DNA of 64,000 nucleotides from the IMG/VR virus record IMGVR_UViG_3300007274_000042. One strand, given 5' to 3'. A program made the translations under genes and the position numbers. The notes beneath the pieces are model-generated. The model saw only the letters and a list, made by a program, of their open reading frames with translations. It had not been told where the DNA came from and ran no database searches. This document shows, piece after piece, positions 9,560 through 18,869 of this stretch (its first letter is position 1; each line of letters begins with the position of its first letter). This DNA comes from an uncultured virus (IMG/VR IMGVR_UViG_3300007274_000042). Taxonomy: Duplodnaviria; Heunggongvirae; Uroviricota; Caudoviricetes.

Positions 9560-10183
9560 TTAATCCCACATAGCGCGAGCTACATTAGGAAGTTTGTCAG
9601 CAAGTACTCGGCCAGCAGATCTAGCAATTGTGCGGTGCTCTAGTTGAGTACTATCGTCACCGCGCAGGTCAATGTAGTGTAACCAACTACGGATTGTGCC
9701 TGACATATACAGTCTAGTCTCTGTGCTTAGGGGGAGAACCGAACGAGCACATTCTTTAGCGACACCGTGAGCCAGCATGTCCTGGTATAGATCGAAGGAC
9801 TCATCAAACAAGTTGTTGATTTTGTCCTGGAATTCGATCTTAAGTTCGAACGGTAAATCGTCTATCGAATTTTGCCGGTTCTTTTTGTCTTGCCTACGGA
9901 GTTGGGGTACATCCGCATCGATAGCTTCGGCGTACCTTTGACTAAACTCCTGAAAGCTAAAGCTCCTATGACGTAGGATCTGCGGAGCAATGGCACGTGT
10001 GGTAGTGATCTCCAAGCACATTGAAGCCATCTCAAATGGGCTCCAATGTTTGTGTTTAATGAGATAGCTGAGTAGCTTGACATATTCAGGGTTATTTTCG
10101 TTTTTAGGGTTGGACACTCGGGCAAGACGAGCGATCAGCTCTTCGGCATTGGGTGTGACCCAGACTAGCTTTGCTTGGTGCAT
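9560..10183 (-). CDS. thyX: FAD-dependent thymidylate synthase
   Basis: HWSPFE, QILRHRSFSFQEFSQRY, KECARSVLP, TQLEHR. Confidence 0.95.
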   Translation of the reverse strand: MHQAKLVWVTPNAEELIARLARVSNPKNENNPEYVKLLSYLIKHKHWSPFEMASMCLEITTTRAIAPQILRHRSFSFQEFSQRYAEAIDADVPQLRRQDKKNRQNSIDDLPFELKIEFQDKINNLFDESFDLYQDMLAHGVAKECARSVLPLSTETRLYMSGTIRSWLHYIDLRGDDSTQLEHRTIARSAGRVLADKLPNVARAMWD

Positions 10184-10213
10184 TCGTTTTTTACAATCAG
10201 GTGGGTTAGTTGT

Positions 10214-10408
10214 TTATGAGTTAATTTCTCTAAACGTTCTTCTGTCCAGGTAAGAATCAATTTCTTCATCTGTTTCTTCGTCATTAGTCACTTGGGGTAC
10301 ATATCTACAGTCAGTGTGAATGCCAGCGACCATACAGGTGCGCTGAGGTATATCAAAGTTGCCGGTTGATGAACAACTCAGCAGTAATAAGCATAAAGGT
10401 ATAGTCAA
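10214..10408 (-). CDS. Hypothetical lipoprotein-like protein
   Basis: LLLLSC lipobox-like N-terminus. Confidence 0.4.
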   Translation of the reverse strand: MTIPLCLLLLSCSSTGNFDIPQRTCMVAGIHTDCRYVPQVTNDEETDEEIDSYLDRRTFREINS

Positions 10409-10417
10409 TGTGTTGCG

Positions 10418-10720
10418 TCAATCTGTTTTTATTTTTCCGTATAGCTTTGGTTTGATTTTGCCGTAGCCACTTTTAATGGAGAGGATCTCACCGTCGGAGC
10501 CGAGCTTGTCATAGTAGGCATCAAAGATATCCACTTTTGCGTAAGCACGGACAGCATCGAAGTGAGTTTCATCTCCAATCTTGTAAGTAATAATATGAAT
10601 GTCAGTAGGAAGCTGACTGTCATCAAAAGAATCCGGTACAATTCCTTCCTCAACAATTTGAATATTTGCGGTTGTCTTGTTACTAGGCATACTGTGGCAA
10701 GTTAATGTTATTTGTTTCAA
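10418..10720 (-). CDS. Hypothetical protein
   Basis: ORF in the operon; true start may be internal. Confidence 0.55.
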   Translation of the reverse strand: MKQITLTCHSMPSNKTTANIQIVEEGIVPDSFDDSQLPTDIHIITYKIGDETHFDAVRAYAKVDIFDAYYDKLGSDGEILSIKSGYGKIKPKLYGKIKTD

Positions 10721-11414
10721 AGAATGCAGGCATACGGGAGGCCCGTGTCTCTGCTAGTCCGTCAGCTTTTCCTCTCTCATAGAGAGAATCTGAACTTGAA
10801 AGCCAGAAGTTACTGGAGAGATGCTTGTTATCAGCCTCCCCCTTGAGGGACTGAAGGCACCACGCGACCGTAGCGCGTCTAAGATTGTTGATGGTCTTGT
10901 CAGTCTTAAGGTCGAGCGCTTGGCATACAAGTGTGTTCGCGCATACGTGGGTCTGTTCATCTCGGGAAATATCTGCTGAGGTTGTACGGAGTCCTGTGTC
11001 TCCAAGGAATCGGAAGATTGGGAGGAGTACAAAGAACACGCTGCGTTCGAGGACAACAGCTTTGAGGACAGGGTGTCGGTCGAGTTCGAGCCACGCTTTA
11101 CAAATGTGCGCAGCCTCCTTCTCAAACCGAGGGGCGACTCCATGTGCTTGAGCCGCGAAATTAAGTGCGATATCATGGTTTTCTTCATCCTTTACGTTGG
11201 ATAGAAGCAGCTCCTTACAGCCTTCTACATCCGGTAGGTCACCCTTCATAGCGTCAGTAATGAAGTCACCCACTGGGATTTCAAGGCAACGGAGTGCTAG
11301 TGCTCGTTGAATGACTTCTTCACCACCGTTAAGCAGCTGTCCAGCAGACACTTGGACCGGAGTCCAGGTGCGCTTACGTGCGTGGAGATGGAGATAAGGA
11401 GTTGCGGCGTTCAT
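10683..11414 (-). CDS. nrdB: Ribonucleotide reductase class I beta subunit (short cyanophage type)
   Basis: Ferritin-like DEENH and DEQTH diiron motifs; adjacent to the alpha subunit. Confidence 0.85.
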   Translation of the reverse strand: MNAATPYLHLHARKRTWTPVQVSAGQLLNGGEEVIQRALALRCLEIPVGDFITDAMKGDLPDVEGCKELLLSNVKDEENHDIALNFAAQAHGVAPRFEKEAAHICKAWLELDRHPVLKAVVLERSVFFVLLPIFRFLGDTGLRTTSADISRDEQTHVCANTLVCQALDLKTDKTINNLRRATVAWCLQSLKGEADNKHLSSNFWLSSSDSLYERGKADGLAETRASRMPAFFETNNINLPQYA

Positions 11415-11431
11415 TGTATTGATAGTTAGGT

Positions 11432-12862
11432 TTACTCTGCGCAGCCAACACAGGCTGCTGGGTCGTTGAAGATTGCGTTGAAGTCTGGAACAGCATCGCT
11501 ATCACTATCGATGTCACTGAAGTCAAAGAGGTCAGCAAACTGGCCGTCAAGTGCAGCCATTGCATCATCTTTAGCCTGAGTATTTTGCATCACCTGAAGT
11601 GAATAGTAGAGGCTTGTCTGCGGTGACGCGAGCCAGTTATCAATGAAGTCATTGTCATACTGAACTACGTCACTCCAGGAATTAAAGCTATATCCATGGC
11701 TGAGGCCGGTGGAATGCACAAGGTGCATGATTCCATTGACTACACGGTAGTAGTCATCCCAGCCGACCTCTTCAGCAGTTTCTACGTTGCCGTAGTCATA
11801 CTGTTGAACGCCAAATGTAGAGCTGTCCCTATCAACGGTGCGCCCGATAGGCGGTGCTAGTTCGGGGGCGGTTGTATAGCCTGCTCGATCTTCGTAACGG
11901 TAAGAACAAGATGCAGTGGGAGCAATGGCGAAAGCCCTGTCCATGTTGTGGGCCCGTGCTACGGAAGCGGCGGACTTGATACCTGCATCGATTGCTTTCA
12001 CAATTTTAAGAGCAGCGGGAGTCACCTGTGCGTCTGTACCCTCACCTCGGTTGAAGTCCAGTGCATCAGCGAACTGTGAGTAAGTCACACCTTCAATCGC
12101 GAGAAGATTCGCGAGTCCGAGCATTCCCAGACCAACCTGACGATCTTCTTCTTGAGTGAGATACTCGCCTGTGCTTTCGACACCAGTCTTGGCATGAAGA
12201 TCACAGAGCTCAGTCATCCCATCAATGAAAGCCTGAGGCAGCTCTGTAAGCTCCCCTGCGGCGAGGTTGATGTGTTCGAGTAGACAAGTGCCCCGGCTCT
12301 TAAGGAAGACCTCTAGGCAGACATTTGCGTAGATGCGTTCGTTGTTTTGATCACGACGGATCTTTGCTAGCCAGATGTCACCACGTGCGATACCAGCAAG
12401 CACAGCTTCTTTAACTTTACTGCTTGCCATATCCCACATGACGTTGCTCAAGTTGACACAACGTTTGGCCCAAGGGATCTCTGAACGGGAAACGTTGACG
12501 AACTCAAGGATGTCCGGGTGGTTGAGGTCGAGGTGGAGCACGACTGCTCCGTTTTTGTAGACACCTCCTCGGCGTAGCTGTTCATTGAGGCAGCTATAGA
12601 TCTTGCCAAATGAGACTGGGCCCGAAGCAACAAGGCCTTTTCCGTTGTCAGTTCCTTGGGACCGAATTTTGCTGAGATGCACCGCGACACCTGCTCCAAA
12701 TCGCAGAGCGTGTGATACAAATCTCCAACTGGCTTCAATTCCATTAGGACCCTCCATTGAGTCTTCAACAACAAAGACCGTGCAGCTAACAGGCAGACGG
12801 CTAGATGGGTCGTCAATCCAGGACTGGACACGACCGGTACGTGCAATAAATTCGGTGCTCAT
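11432..12862 (-). CDS. nrdA: Ribonucleotide reductase alpha subunit (short cyanophage type)
   Basis: PVSCT, ANVCLE, RQVGLG, AIAPTASCSY, TSLYY, C-terminal CVGCAE. Confidence 0.9.
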   Translation of the reverse strand: MSTEFIARTGRVQSWIDDPSSRLPVSCTVFVVEDSMEGPNGIEASWRFVSHALRFGAGVAVHLSKIRSQGTDNGKGLVASGPVSFGKIYSCLNEQLRRGGVYKNGAVVLHLDLNHPDILEFVNVSRSEIPWAKRCVNLSNVMWDMASSKVKEAVLAGIARGDIWLAKIRRDQNNERIYANVCLEVFLKSRGTCLLEHINLAAGELTELPQAFIDGMTELCDLHAKTGVESTGEYLTQEEDRQVGLGMLGLANLLAIEGVTYSQFADALDFNRGEGTDAQVTPAALKIVKAIDAGIKSAASVARAHNMDRAFAIAPTASCSYRYEDRAGYTTAPELAPPIGRTVDRDSSTFGVQQYDYGNVETAEEVGWDDYYRVVNGIMHLVHSTGLSHGYSFNSWSDVVQYDNDFIDNWLASPQTSLYYSLQVMQNTQAKDDAMAALDGQFADLFDFSDIDSDSDAVPDFNAIFNDPAACVGCAE

Positions 12863-13269
12863 TTGACTAGTGATTTAAGGTCGGGTTGGCGGTAGAACGG
12901 TCCTTTCAGAACCTTTCCATCTTCTCGATAGATGGGGTTCCCACGTTCATCTAGCTTACTCATGTTGGACTTGAAGACGCGAGACATTGCTTCGTCTAAA
13001 TCAAGGCCAAAACAAGCAGCAAACTGAAAACAAACAAAGACAAGATCAGAAAGTTCCTTAAGAAGATTCTCTCGTTTCGGTTCATTGTCCATCTCCGTCG
13101 TGAGTACTTCGGCGGCATCAAATAGCTCTCCACATTCTTCTTCAATAAGGTCAATTTGCATATCCCAGAGCCTACGAAGCTCATCAGTAGATATGTCTAG
13201 CTTCCCAATAATGGGTTGCCCAAAGGTCTCTCGAAATTTGAGAGCCTCTTGTAGTCGTGTCATAGTCAT
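12859..13269 (-). CDS. MazG-like nucleoside triphosphate pyrophosphohydrolase
   Basis: LIEEECGE, KELSDL, SNMSKL...REDGKVLKGP. Confidence 0.85.
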   Translation of the reverse strand: MTMTRLQEALKFRETFGQPIIGKLDISTDELRRLWDMQIDLIEEECGELFDAAEVLTTEMDNEPKRENLLKELSDLVFVCFQFAACFGLDLDEAMSRVFKSNMSKLDERGNPIYREDGKVLKGPFYRQPDLKSLVK

Positions 13270-13302
13270 TTAGCTATTCTCAATATTGTATTTTGGTTTC
13301 GT

Positions 13303-13530
13303 TCATTTATCACGGAGCGTGATACGCCCACGTGTCAAGTCATATGGAGAGAGTTCAACAGTGACTCTGTCTCCCACAAGCAATTGTATTTTGCGTGTGA
13401 TTAGTTTGCCCGATGCTCGGCACAAACATTCATGACCTTCGGGTTCATTGAGTTCTACGTTGAAATATCCATTGCCGCTTTCGCGAATGATGGTTCCTCG
13501 TGTCTCAATTACATTCGCTTTTTTGCTCAT
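13303..13530 (-). CDS. infA: Translation initiation factor IF-1
   Basis: IE.RG.I..E..NG.F.VEL...SGK....KI.LLVGDRVTVELSPYDLTRGRI. Confidence 0.9.
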   Translation of the reverse strand: MSKKANVIETRGTIIRESGNGYFNVELNEPEGHECLCRASGKLITRKIQLLVGDRVTVELSPYDLTRGRITLRDK

Positions 13531-13693
13531 CAGTTAATATTCCATTTACTAGTTGGTGGACGAGCAGATCCCTTGTTTGGTCAATCCGCTCATCGTCATA
13601 TTTCCGAAACAATCCTCGCTTATCTACTTTCTTGTAGTAGTGCAGTGCGTTCAGAATTATTGTGTGATCTTCTATGTTCAGTTCAAACAGCAT
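13505..13693 (-). CDS. Hypothetical protein
   Basis: 62-aa ORF in the operon. Confidence 0.5.
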   Translation of the reverse strand: MLFELNIEDHTIILNALHYYKKVDKRGLFRKYDDERIDQTRDLLVHQLVNGILTDEQKSECN

Positions 13694-13696
13694 TGG

Positions 13697-14044
13697 TCAT
13701 TCAACGTGTGCGTACGTATATGCGTCGAGAGTTGCGTCGAGGTGCTCGATGATGTTGTTAGCACCAACGAATCGCTCAACTGATTCCTCTTCCAGGTCAC
13801 AGAACTCATAGCCGTACAGCTCGTCGTACTCACAGCTCACTGTTTCGTGAACGACAACTAGTGTGGGGGAGAGCTCTACGTTGAGCTCTTCTGCGAGTGC
13901 TGTGCGTTGGCCGGTAGTCGTTTTAAGAGGGACGAAGTCCAGCTCTTTGACATCAGCTTCTGGCAAAGTTTCGACGTAGCTTTTGAGACGTGTGCAAGGA
14001 GCACAAGATTCTTGTTCAAATACATAGATGTGATACTTTTTCAT
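13697..14044 (-). CDS. Thioredoxin/glutaredoxin-like protein
   Basis: CAPC active site and SPTLVV cis-Pro motif; probable start at MKKYH. Confidence 0.75.
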   Translation of the reverse strand: MKKYHIYVFEQESCAPCTRLKSYVETLPEADVKELDFVPLKTTTGQRTALAEELNVELSPTLVVVHETVSCEYDELYGYEFCDLEEESVERFVGANNIIEHLDATLDAYTYAHVE

Positions 14045-14051
14045 GATTAAT

Positions 14052-14360
14052 TCAGGCAGGTGTACCGTCGGTGTAATAAAAGCCACCAGTGCAGTTGTCA
14101 TCATTAGACGTAGATACGTGGCGGCTGTGCTGGTAACAGCGCATTCCAGAGTGATAAGAAATCAGCACTGGCTCGCCAACACGTACGGTGTCTAGGCGAG
14201 TGCACATAATCAAACGCATAGCGGGAGGCTTGCGCTTGTACTGAATCTCAGCGTCGTAGCCGAGGTGTTCGTCCTCTTCCAAAGTGGCGGGGTTGAACAC
14301 AGTCCTCAACGTGGGGGGAGTGATAGCAATCGCCTCCATTTCCGCTTGAGTTTTGAACAT
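14052..14360 (-). CDS. Hypothetical protein
   Basis: 102-aa ORF. Confidence 0.45.
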   Translation of the reverse strand: MFKTQAEMEAIAITPPTLRTVFNPATLEEDEHLGYDAEIQYKRKPPAMRLIMCTRLDTVRVGEPVLISYHSGMRCYQHSRHVSTSNDDNCTGGFYYTDGTPA

Positions 14361-14408
14361 CGTTAGCTTTTGCCTCGATAAATTTGTTAAAGGTTTTTCT
14401 GTCCATAG

Positions 14409-14567
14409 TCAGAATTGGGGTACAGGTAGAACACTTGTAATCCGCACTGCTTCTGGACGTAATTCCAAAGCAGAAGTCATGGCGTGCTTTGGATCTTTGG
14501 CTCCAAGGGTGAAGCCACCGGGGAGGCCACGCTTATCAACAAAGCGGACCTCATACATGGTGATCAT
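14409..14567 (-). CDS. Small hypothetical protein
   Basis: Own translation MITMYEVRFVDKRG...PVPQF, coupled to the upstream stop. Confidence 0.45.
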   Translation of the reverse strand: MITMYEVRFVDKRGLPGGFTLGAKDPKHAMTSALELRPEAVRITSVLPVPQF

Positions 14568-14797
14568 TGATTGGTAATCAGTTCGATTTTTGGTGCAGGT
14601 GGGAGGTACTCTTTCTCTGCGAGATAGACCTCGATCTTCTGCTTGTAGTGTTTAGACAGGTGAGGCCACACCAGATTTAAGATCCGGTTGATGTAATCCC
14701 GCTCAGTGGCGGGAGCATCTTGGGCCATCGCTGCGTGACACAGACAAGCAATGTCGTATAGGTCTTCAATATCAATCGACAGGTTTGTCTTCGTCAT
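14564..14797 (-). CDS. Hypothetical protein
   Basis: Probable start at MTKTNLSID. Confidence 0.5.
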   Translation of the reverse strand: MTKTNLSIDIEDLYDIACLCHAAMAQDAPATERDYINRILNLVWPHLSKHYKQKIEVYLAEKEYLPPAPKIELITNQ

Positions 14798-15251
14798 TGG
14801 TTTCGTCATTAGTTTCCTCGTCGTCTTCTGAGTAATACTCATCGACGGCTTCATCAATTGTAGTAATCAAATGAGAGAAAAGATCTTCCAAAACATCGTC
14901 TTCTTCTTGGTCCATATCGTCCCAATTAGCAAGAACGTAGTTGTAGAGAGCGTCTTTAAGCTCATCAGTTTCTTGATCGTCTTCCTCATCAGTTTCGTCA
15001 TCGGTAGTATCGATTACAAAACGAGGATTACGAGCAGCTTCTTCAACGACAAAGCTGTCAATTTGTACAATTACAGAGTCCCAATTGAACTCTTCGTTAG
15101 CTTGTAGGGAAGCCCATACAGCTTGACGGTTTTTAAAAGTAAGTGTTGGCCAGCTCTCAATACAGTATTCGTTGACATCGAAGGTCAGACAACAGTCAAA
15201 ATCTTCGATGTCTTCTTGTACGAGCTGCCTACGATTAGCAGCATTAGACAT
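14772..15251 (-). CDS. Highly acidic hypothetical protein
   Basis: Very D/E-rich 159-aa ORF. Confidence 0.6.
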   Translation of the reverse strand: MSNAANRRQLVQEDIEDFDCCLTFDVNEYCIESWPTLTFKNRQAVWASLQANEEFNWDSVIVQIDSFVVEEAARNPRFVIDTTDDETDEEDDQETDELKDALYNYVLANWDDMDQEEDDVLEDLFSHLITTIDEAVDEYYSEDDEETNDETNDEDKPVD

Positions 15252-15880
15252 CAGAAATCAATCTCCTCTTTGTTAGTTTCTTCAGTAACTGCAACAGGCT
15301 CAATGCCTACGGCAGCTTGTAGCTGAGTCACGGCATTGCGACACAGCTGTTGGACGAGTGCGTTGTCACGGTCAGAACGTGCGTCACGCAGCAGGTCGTA
15401 GGTCTCTTGGTCAGAGATCTTGTTACCAGAGACACGGATAGCAGCAAAGCAAGGGCGAAGCTTGCTGGTGCCTTTCCAAGTGTCGAGCTGGAAGAACTCT
15501 TCCATGGAATAGCTTTGGTACAGACCCATAAGTGAGGTCAGTACACACTGAGACCAGATGGTAGTGAGACCAGAAGTAAGCATCACCTTGGTACCAGAAG
15601 TGGTCTCAAGGATCAAATTAAGTTTAGTGGATTTGAACTCACCGATGTCTTCTGCAATCTCAACAGCAGACAGACGAACATTAGACATACGAGTGAGAGG
15701 CTTACCAGAAGGAAGCATCAGTGCACTGGGCTGCTGCTCGTCACCCAGGTATTGAAAGAACACGCCCTCGCTATCTTTGACGAGGCCAACGCCGATCATC
15801 ATCGATACGTCGGAAGAACTGCCACCGGCAAACTCAGCAACGAGAGCGGAGGTTTCGGGGCGAACTGCGATGTTAGTCAT
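15251..15880 (-). CDS. Hypothetical protein
   Basis: Start at MTNIAV, downstream of hairpin element 2. Confidence 0.65.
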   Translation of the reverse strand: MTNIAVRPETSALVAEFAGGSSSDVSMMIGVGLVKDSEGVFFQYLGDEQQPSALMLPSGKPLTRMSNVRLSAVEIAEDIGEFKSTKLNLILETTSGTKVMLTSGLTTIWSQCVLTSLMGLYQSYSMEEFFQLDTWKGTSKLRPCFAAIRVSGNKISDQETYDLLRDARSDRDNALVQQLCRNAVTQLQAAVGIEPVAVTEETNKEEIDF

Positions 15881-15915
15881 GTAGTTGAAAATGTAATGTG
15901 TACGTTTGTCCCGAA

Positions 15916-15948
15916 GGACACTGATAGTTAGACCACGCGACAGCGTGG
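15916..15948 (-). promoter_or_regulatory. Hairpin element 2
   Basis: Plus strand GGACA-N6-GTTAGA-CCACGC-GACA-GCGTGG. Confidence 0.75.
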
Positions 15949-15956
15949 CCTGGTTG

Positions 15957-16112
15957 TTACCGATTGCGATCTGAACGCAGAACACGAAGACGATTGACTT
16001 CCGTTTCAGCCATATGCCAAACGAGGTCGTACATCTCCTGTCTGTCCAGATAATTGGTATTGATCACCGCATCGATAAAGTTCTCGATGCTTGGGAGCAT
16101 TTGTTTTTCCAT
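15957..16112 (-). CDS. Small hypothetical protein (51 aa)
   Basis: Own translation MEKQMLPSIENF...; TGATG coupling to the upstream ORF. Confidence 0.5.
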   Translation of the reverse strand: MEKQMLPSIENFIDAVINTNYLDRQEMYDLVWHMAETEVNRLRVLRSDRNR

Positions 16113-16279
16113 CAAACTTCTACTAACTCTCCGTTGAGTTCAGCAAGTTTGGCAGTGGCTAAGCATTCAGCCATTGTCCAGGCAAGTTGTCCGGACATGA
16201 TGTTTTGGTCACAGTAATATTCGATTGTGTCTTCGAGGAGTTCTTGGAACTCTTTGAGTTGTGGTCTGGATATTTCCAT
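16112..16279 (-). CDS. Small hypothetical protein (55 aa)
   Basis: Own translation MEISRPQLKEFQELLEDTIEYYCD... Confidence 0.55.
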   Translation of the reverse strand: MEISRPQLKEFQELLEDTIEYYCDQNIMSGQLAWTMAECLATAKLAELNGELVEV

Positions 16280-16323
16280 TCAGTTTGAAATATGGTTCAC
16301 TTGGCCTTAATGACCACCCCTTA

Positions 16324-16345
16324 ACTATAGCCCCCGACAGGGGGC
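16324..16345 (-). promoter_or_regulatory. Hairpin element 3
   Basis: Plus strand ACTATA-GCCCCC-GACA-GGGGGC. Confidence 0.65.
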
Positions 16346-16368
16346 CATAGTGGGTTCTAAATATAAAA

Positions 16369-16752
16369 TTATCGACGCATTCTCCGCATTGGACGACGCA
16401 TTGGACGACGCATAGGTCTAGGCATAGGTCTAGGCATCGGACGAGGCATAGGTCTAGGCATTGGTCTAGGCATAGGCCGTGCCATAGGTCTAGGCATAGG
16501 TCTAGGTCTAGGACGCGGCATAGGACGCGGCATCGGTCTAGGCATGGGCCTTGGTTTAGGTCGAGGCATCGGCCTAGGCATTGGTCTAGGCATAGGCTTC
16601 GGCTTAGGCCTTGGCTTAGGCATAGGTCTCGGCATTGGTCGAGCCATTGGCCGAGGCATGGGCCGAGGCATCGGCCTACGCATTGGTTTACTAGGCCTAG
16701 GTTTCGGACGAGTCATCATGCGGGCCATTGGTTTAGCCCGCATATTCATCAT
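16369..16752 (-). CDS. Basic (MPRP)n repeat protein
   Basis: 127 aa with no acidic residues; repeats use varied synonymous Arg and Pro codons. Confidence 0.7.
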   Translation of the reverse strand: MMNMRAKPMARMMTRPKPRPSKPMRRPMPRPMPRPMARPMPRPMPKPRPKPKPMPRPMPRPMPRPKPRPMPRPMPRPMPRPRPRPMPRPMARPMPRPMPRPMPRPMPRPMPRPMRRPMRRPMRRMRR

Positions 16753-16757
16753 CCGAT

Positions 16758-17468
16758 CTACCGCTTTCCCCGCATCATGCGGCGCATCCCCCTACCGTTC
16801 ATACGACGGTTTTGGATACGCATACGTCGTTGCATTCCGCCACGGTTCATACGCATTCCGCCACGGTTCATACGCATTCCGCCACGGTTGTTGCGCATTG
16901 AGCCACGGTTAGGCCGAGGCATTGGACGACGGTTAGGACGAGGCATCATTCGGCGACCAGCACCAGGACGTCTTCCCTTCATCATTCCGATCTTCGGAGG
17001 ACGCATTCCAATGTTGCGCATCTTGGGATTCTTGGGCTTGGGCTGGCGACCCATCATCATCATCATCATGCCGCCGCCTTCTTCGCCGACAGCTTGTGAA
17101 GTGAGTTTGCGGCCACCCATCATGTTCATCATGTTCATCATGCGTTCAGCACGAATTCGCATATTGCGCATCATGCGTTCGCGTCTGGCCTTTTGCCGTT
17201 CAGCCATTCTTTTCTGACGCTCTTCACGCATTTTATTTGGCTTCATACCGCCATTCATGCCGCCATTCATGCCGCCGTTCATGCCGCCATTCATGCCGCC
17301 CATGCCGCCGTTGCCGTTTTTTCCACCGGAATTACCGGAGCCGTTTACGGATGCGGTTGCGTTGCCGATGTTCGACAAACTGATGGAGTTGTTGTTTGTG
17401 GTACCACCACTACCACCTGCCTGACCTCGCATGCCTGAGCCTGCGGCGGCAGATTTTCTTGCTGACAT
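16758..17468 (-). CDS. Low-complexity Met/Arg/Gly/Asn-rich basic protein
   Basis: GGMN and RGGMRMN repeats; AAGGA SD-like sequence upstream. Confidence 0.7.
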   Translation of the reverse strand: MSARKSAAAGSGMRGQAGGSGGTTNNNSISLSNIGNATASVNGSGNSGGKNGNGGMGGMNGGMNGGMNGGMNGGMKPNKMREERQKRMAERQKARRERMMRNMRIRAERMMNMMNMMGGRKLTSQAVGEEGGGMMMMMMGRQPKPKNPKMRNIGMRPPKIGMMKGRRPGAGRRMMPRPNRRPMPRPNRGSMRNNRGGMRMNRGGMRMNRGGMQRRMRIQNRRMNGRGMRRMMRGKR

Positions 17469-17728
17469 AGTAAGTTCCTTTTCTAAGGATTAACTACTTA
17501 ATATTAACAATTAGTTTTTGTCTAATTTGCCTTCAATGCGATTGAGAGTAGCAATCAATCGCTCAAGAATAGGAGCAATATCAGATGCCTGCTTGGTTCC
17601 ATTGCCACCAGCAATTCCATTAGTCTGTTGGCGCGTTAATGCTTTTCGATGTGACATAATCAGTTTCAGTCAGTTCTTTTATTTTAATAAGTCTCAGCAA
17701 GCTGCTCGACAGAATAAGCAAGGAGTAC

Positions 17729-17753
17729 AAAAAAGACCACCGATGTGGTGGTC
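17729..17753 (-). terminator. Intrinsic terminator after hli
   Basis: GACCACC/GGTGGTC stem followed by T6 on the minus strand. Confidence 0.7.
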
Positions 17754-17776
17754 CAGAGAAGTTCAGTCATTGTTTA

Positions 17777-17983
17777 TCACCAGAGGCCCGGGATAATCTG
17801 ACCAGTTACGGCATAGGCCCCCAAGGCAGCGATGATGCCAAGCATGGCAGCACGGCCATTGAGCTTTTCAGCTTTCTCGTTGTGTGTTTCGTAGTTTTCA
17901 GACATGGTTTTAGGGTCGATGTACATTTTGGGTTCGATAGCGTAGGCATTGAGGCGTCCACGCTCTTCTTGAATTACGGTCAT
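17777..17983 (-). CDS. hli: High-light inducible protein
   Basis: AEKLNGRAAMLG...TGQIIPGLW. Confidence 0.95.
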   Translation of the reverse strand: MTVIQEERGRLNAYAIEPKMYIDPKTMSENYETHNEKAEKLNGRAAMLGIIAALGAYAVTGQIIPGLW

Positions 17984-18170
17984 TTATATTTGCTTTAGAT
18001 TTACTTTACTTAATATAACAAGAACTATCGGGCAATGAGGGCCTCAGTGAGGACATCAATAATGTTTTCTAGTTCTTTGTATTGTGGGCTACGGATACTC
18101 ACGTTGTGATGCCGATGCTTGTCTAAAACAGCCCTGATAGTCAGGATTTGTTCAGTTGATAGGTTCATTT

Positions 18171-18869
18171 TCAATCAGGTATGTAGCGTTCACAGCGACC
18201 GTAATAGTATTTACGATCGTCCAGTCCATTGTAGCCGCCGTTAACGCGCTTTGTCACTTGCTCAACACTAGGATTAGTGTCGCATAGTTCATTCATTCGG
18301 TTGTTAGTCCACCAGAATCCAGCAGAAGTAAATGGATATACTTCAGCCACATGATCACAGCCAATGGCCATGATTTTTGGATCGTCCTTCTTCCAGTTAG
18401 AGAAGTCTTGGTAGTTGGCACGTCCAGTTAGTTGGATGTAACCGGCACCTTTGTATTTGGGTCCGTCACCAGCTTGAGTGTTGCCGATGTCAGTACGTCC
18501 TTCTAGATACCATCCGTCACTCAGTTCCTTCTTCCACTTGCCGCCACCACTTTCGTGTGCCGTTTGGGAAAGGAAATGCCTAATACGAAGAGTATTAGTA
18601 ATATTCCATTCTTGTAAGCATCGATTAAGTTCAAGAATTTCTTCATCGAGGATAAGCGATTCGGCGCAGTTCCAGATTCCTGCGAGTTGCTGCTTAGTGA
18701 CATATTCTTGTGGTACTTCAGGTCCTTCTTCTACAGTAGGTCCAGCACGATACATGTCTGCGAACTTAGACAGGGTTTCAATACCAATTTCGTCTTGAAG
18801 CCAATCCCAAGCTTTATCTTGGTGATCTAGTTCGCTGTAGTACTTAGCAGCATCTGTAAGAATAATCAT
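18171..18869 (-). CDS. Glycoside hydrolase family 19 endolysin
   Basis: HFLSQTAHESGG, YKGAGYIQLTGRANY, VTKRVNGGYNGL.DR. Confidence 0.9.
   Translation of the reverse strand: MIILTDAAKYYSELDHQDKAWDWLQDEIGIETLSKFADMYRAGPTVEEGPEVPQEYVTKQQLAGIWNCAESLILDEEILELNRCLQEWNITNTLRIRHFLSQTAHESGGGKWKKELSDGWYLEGRTDIGNTQAGDGPKYKGAGYIQLTGRANYQDFSNWKKDDPKIMAIGCDHVAEVYPFTSAGFWWTNNRMNELCDTNPSVEQVTKRVNGGYNGLDDRKYYYGRCERYIPD

Noticed and set aside
16752..16760. Stop-codon readthrough joining the two Met-rich ORFs
   Set aside because: They are in different frames, and readthrough of the TAG meets a TGA two codons later.
16544..17217. Plus-strand GLGIG and RIPP repeat ORFs
   Set aside because: They are antisense shadows of the Met/Arg/Pro proteins; the synonymous variation, SD site and operon direction favour the minus strand.
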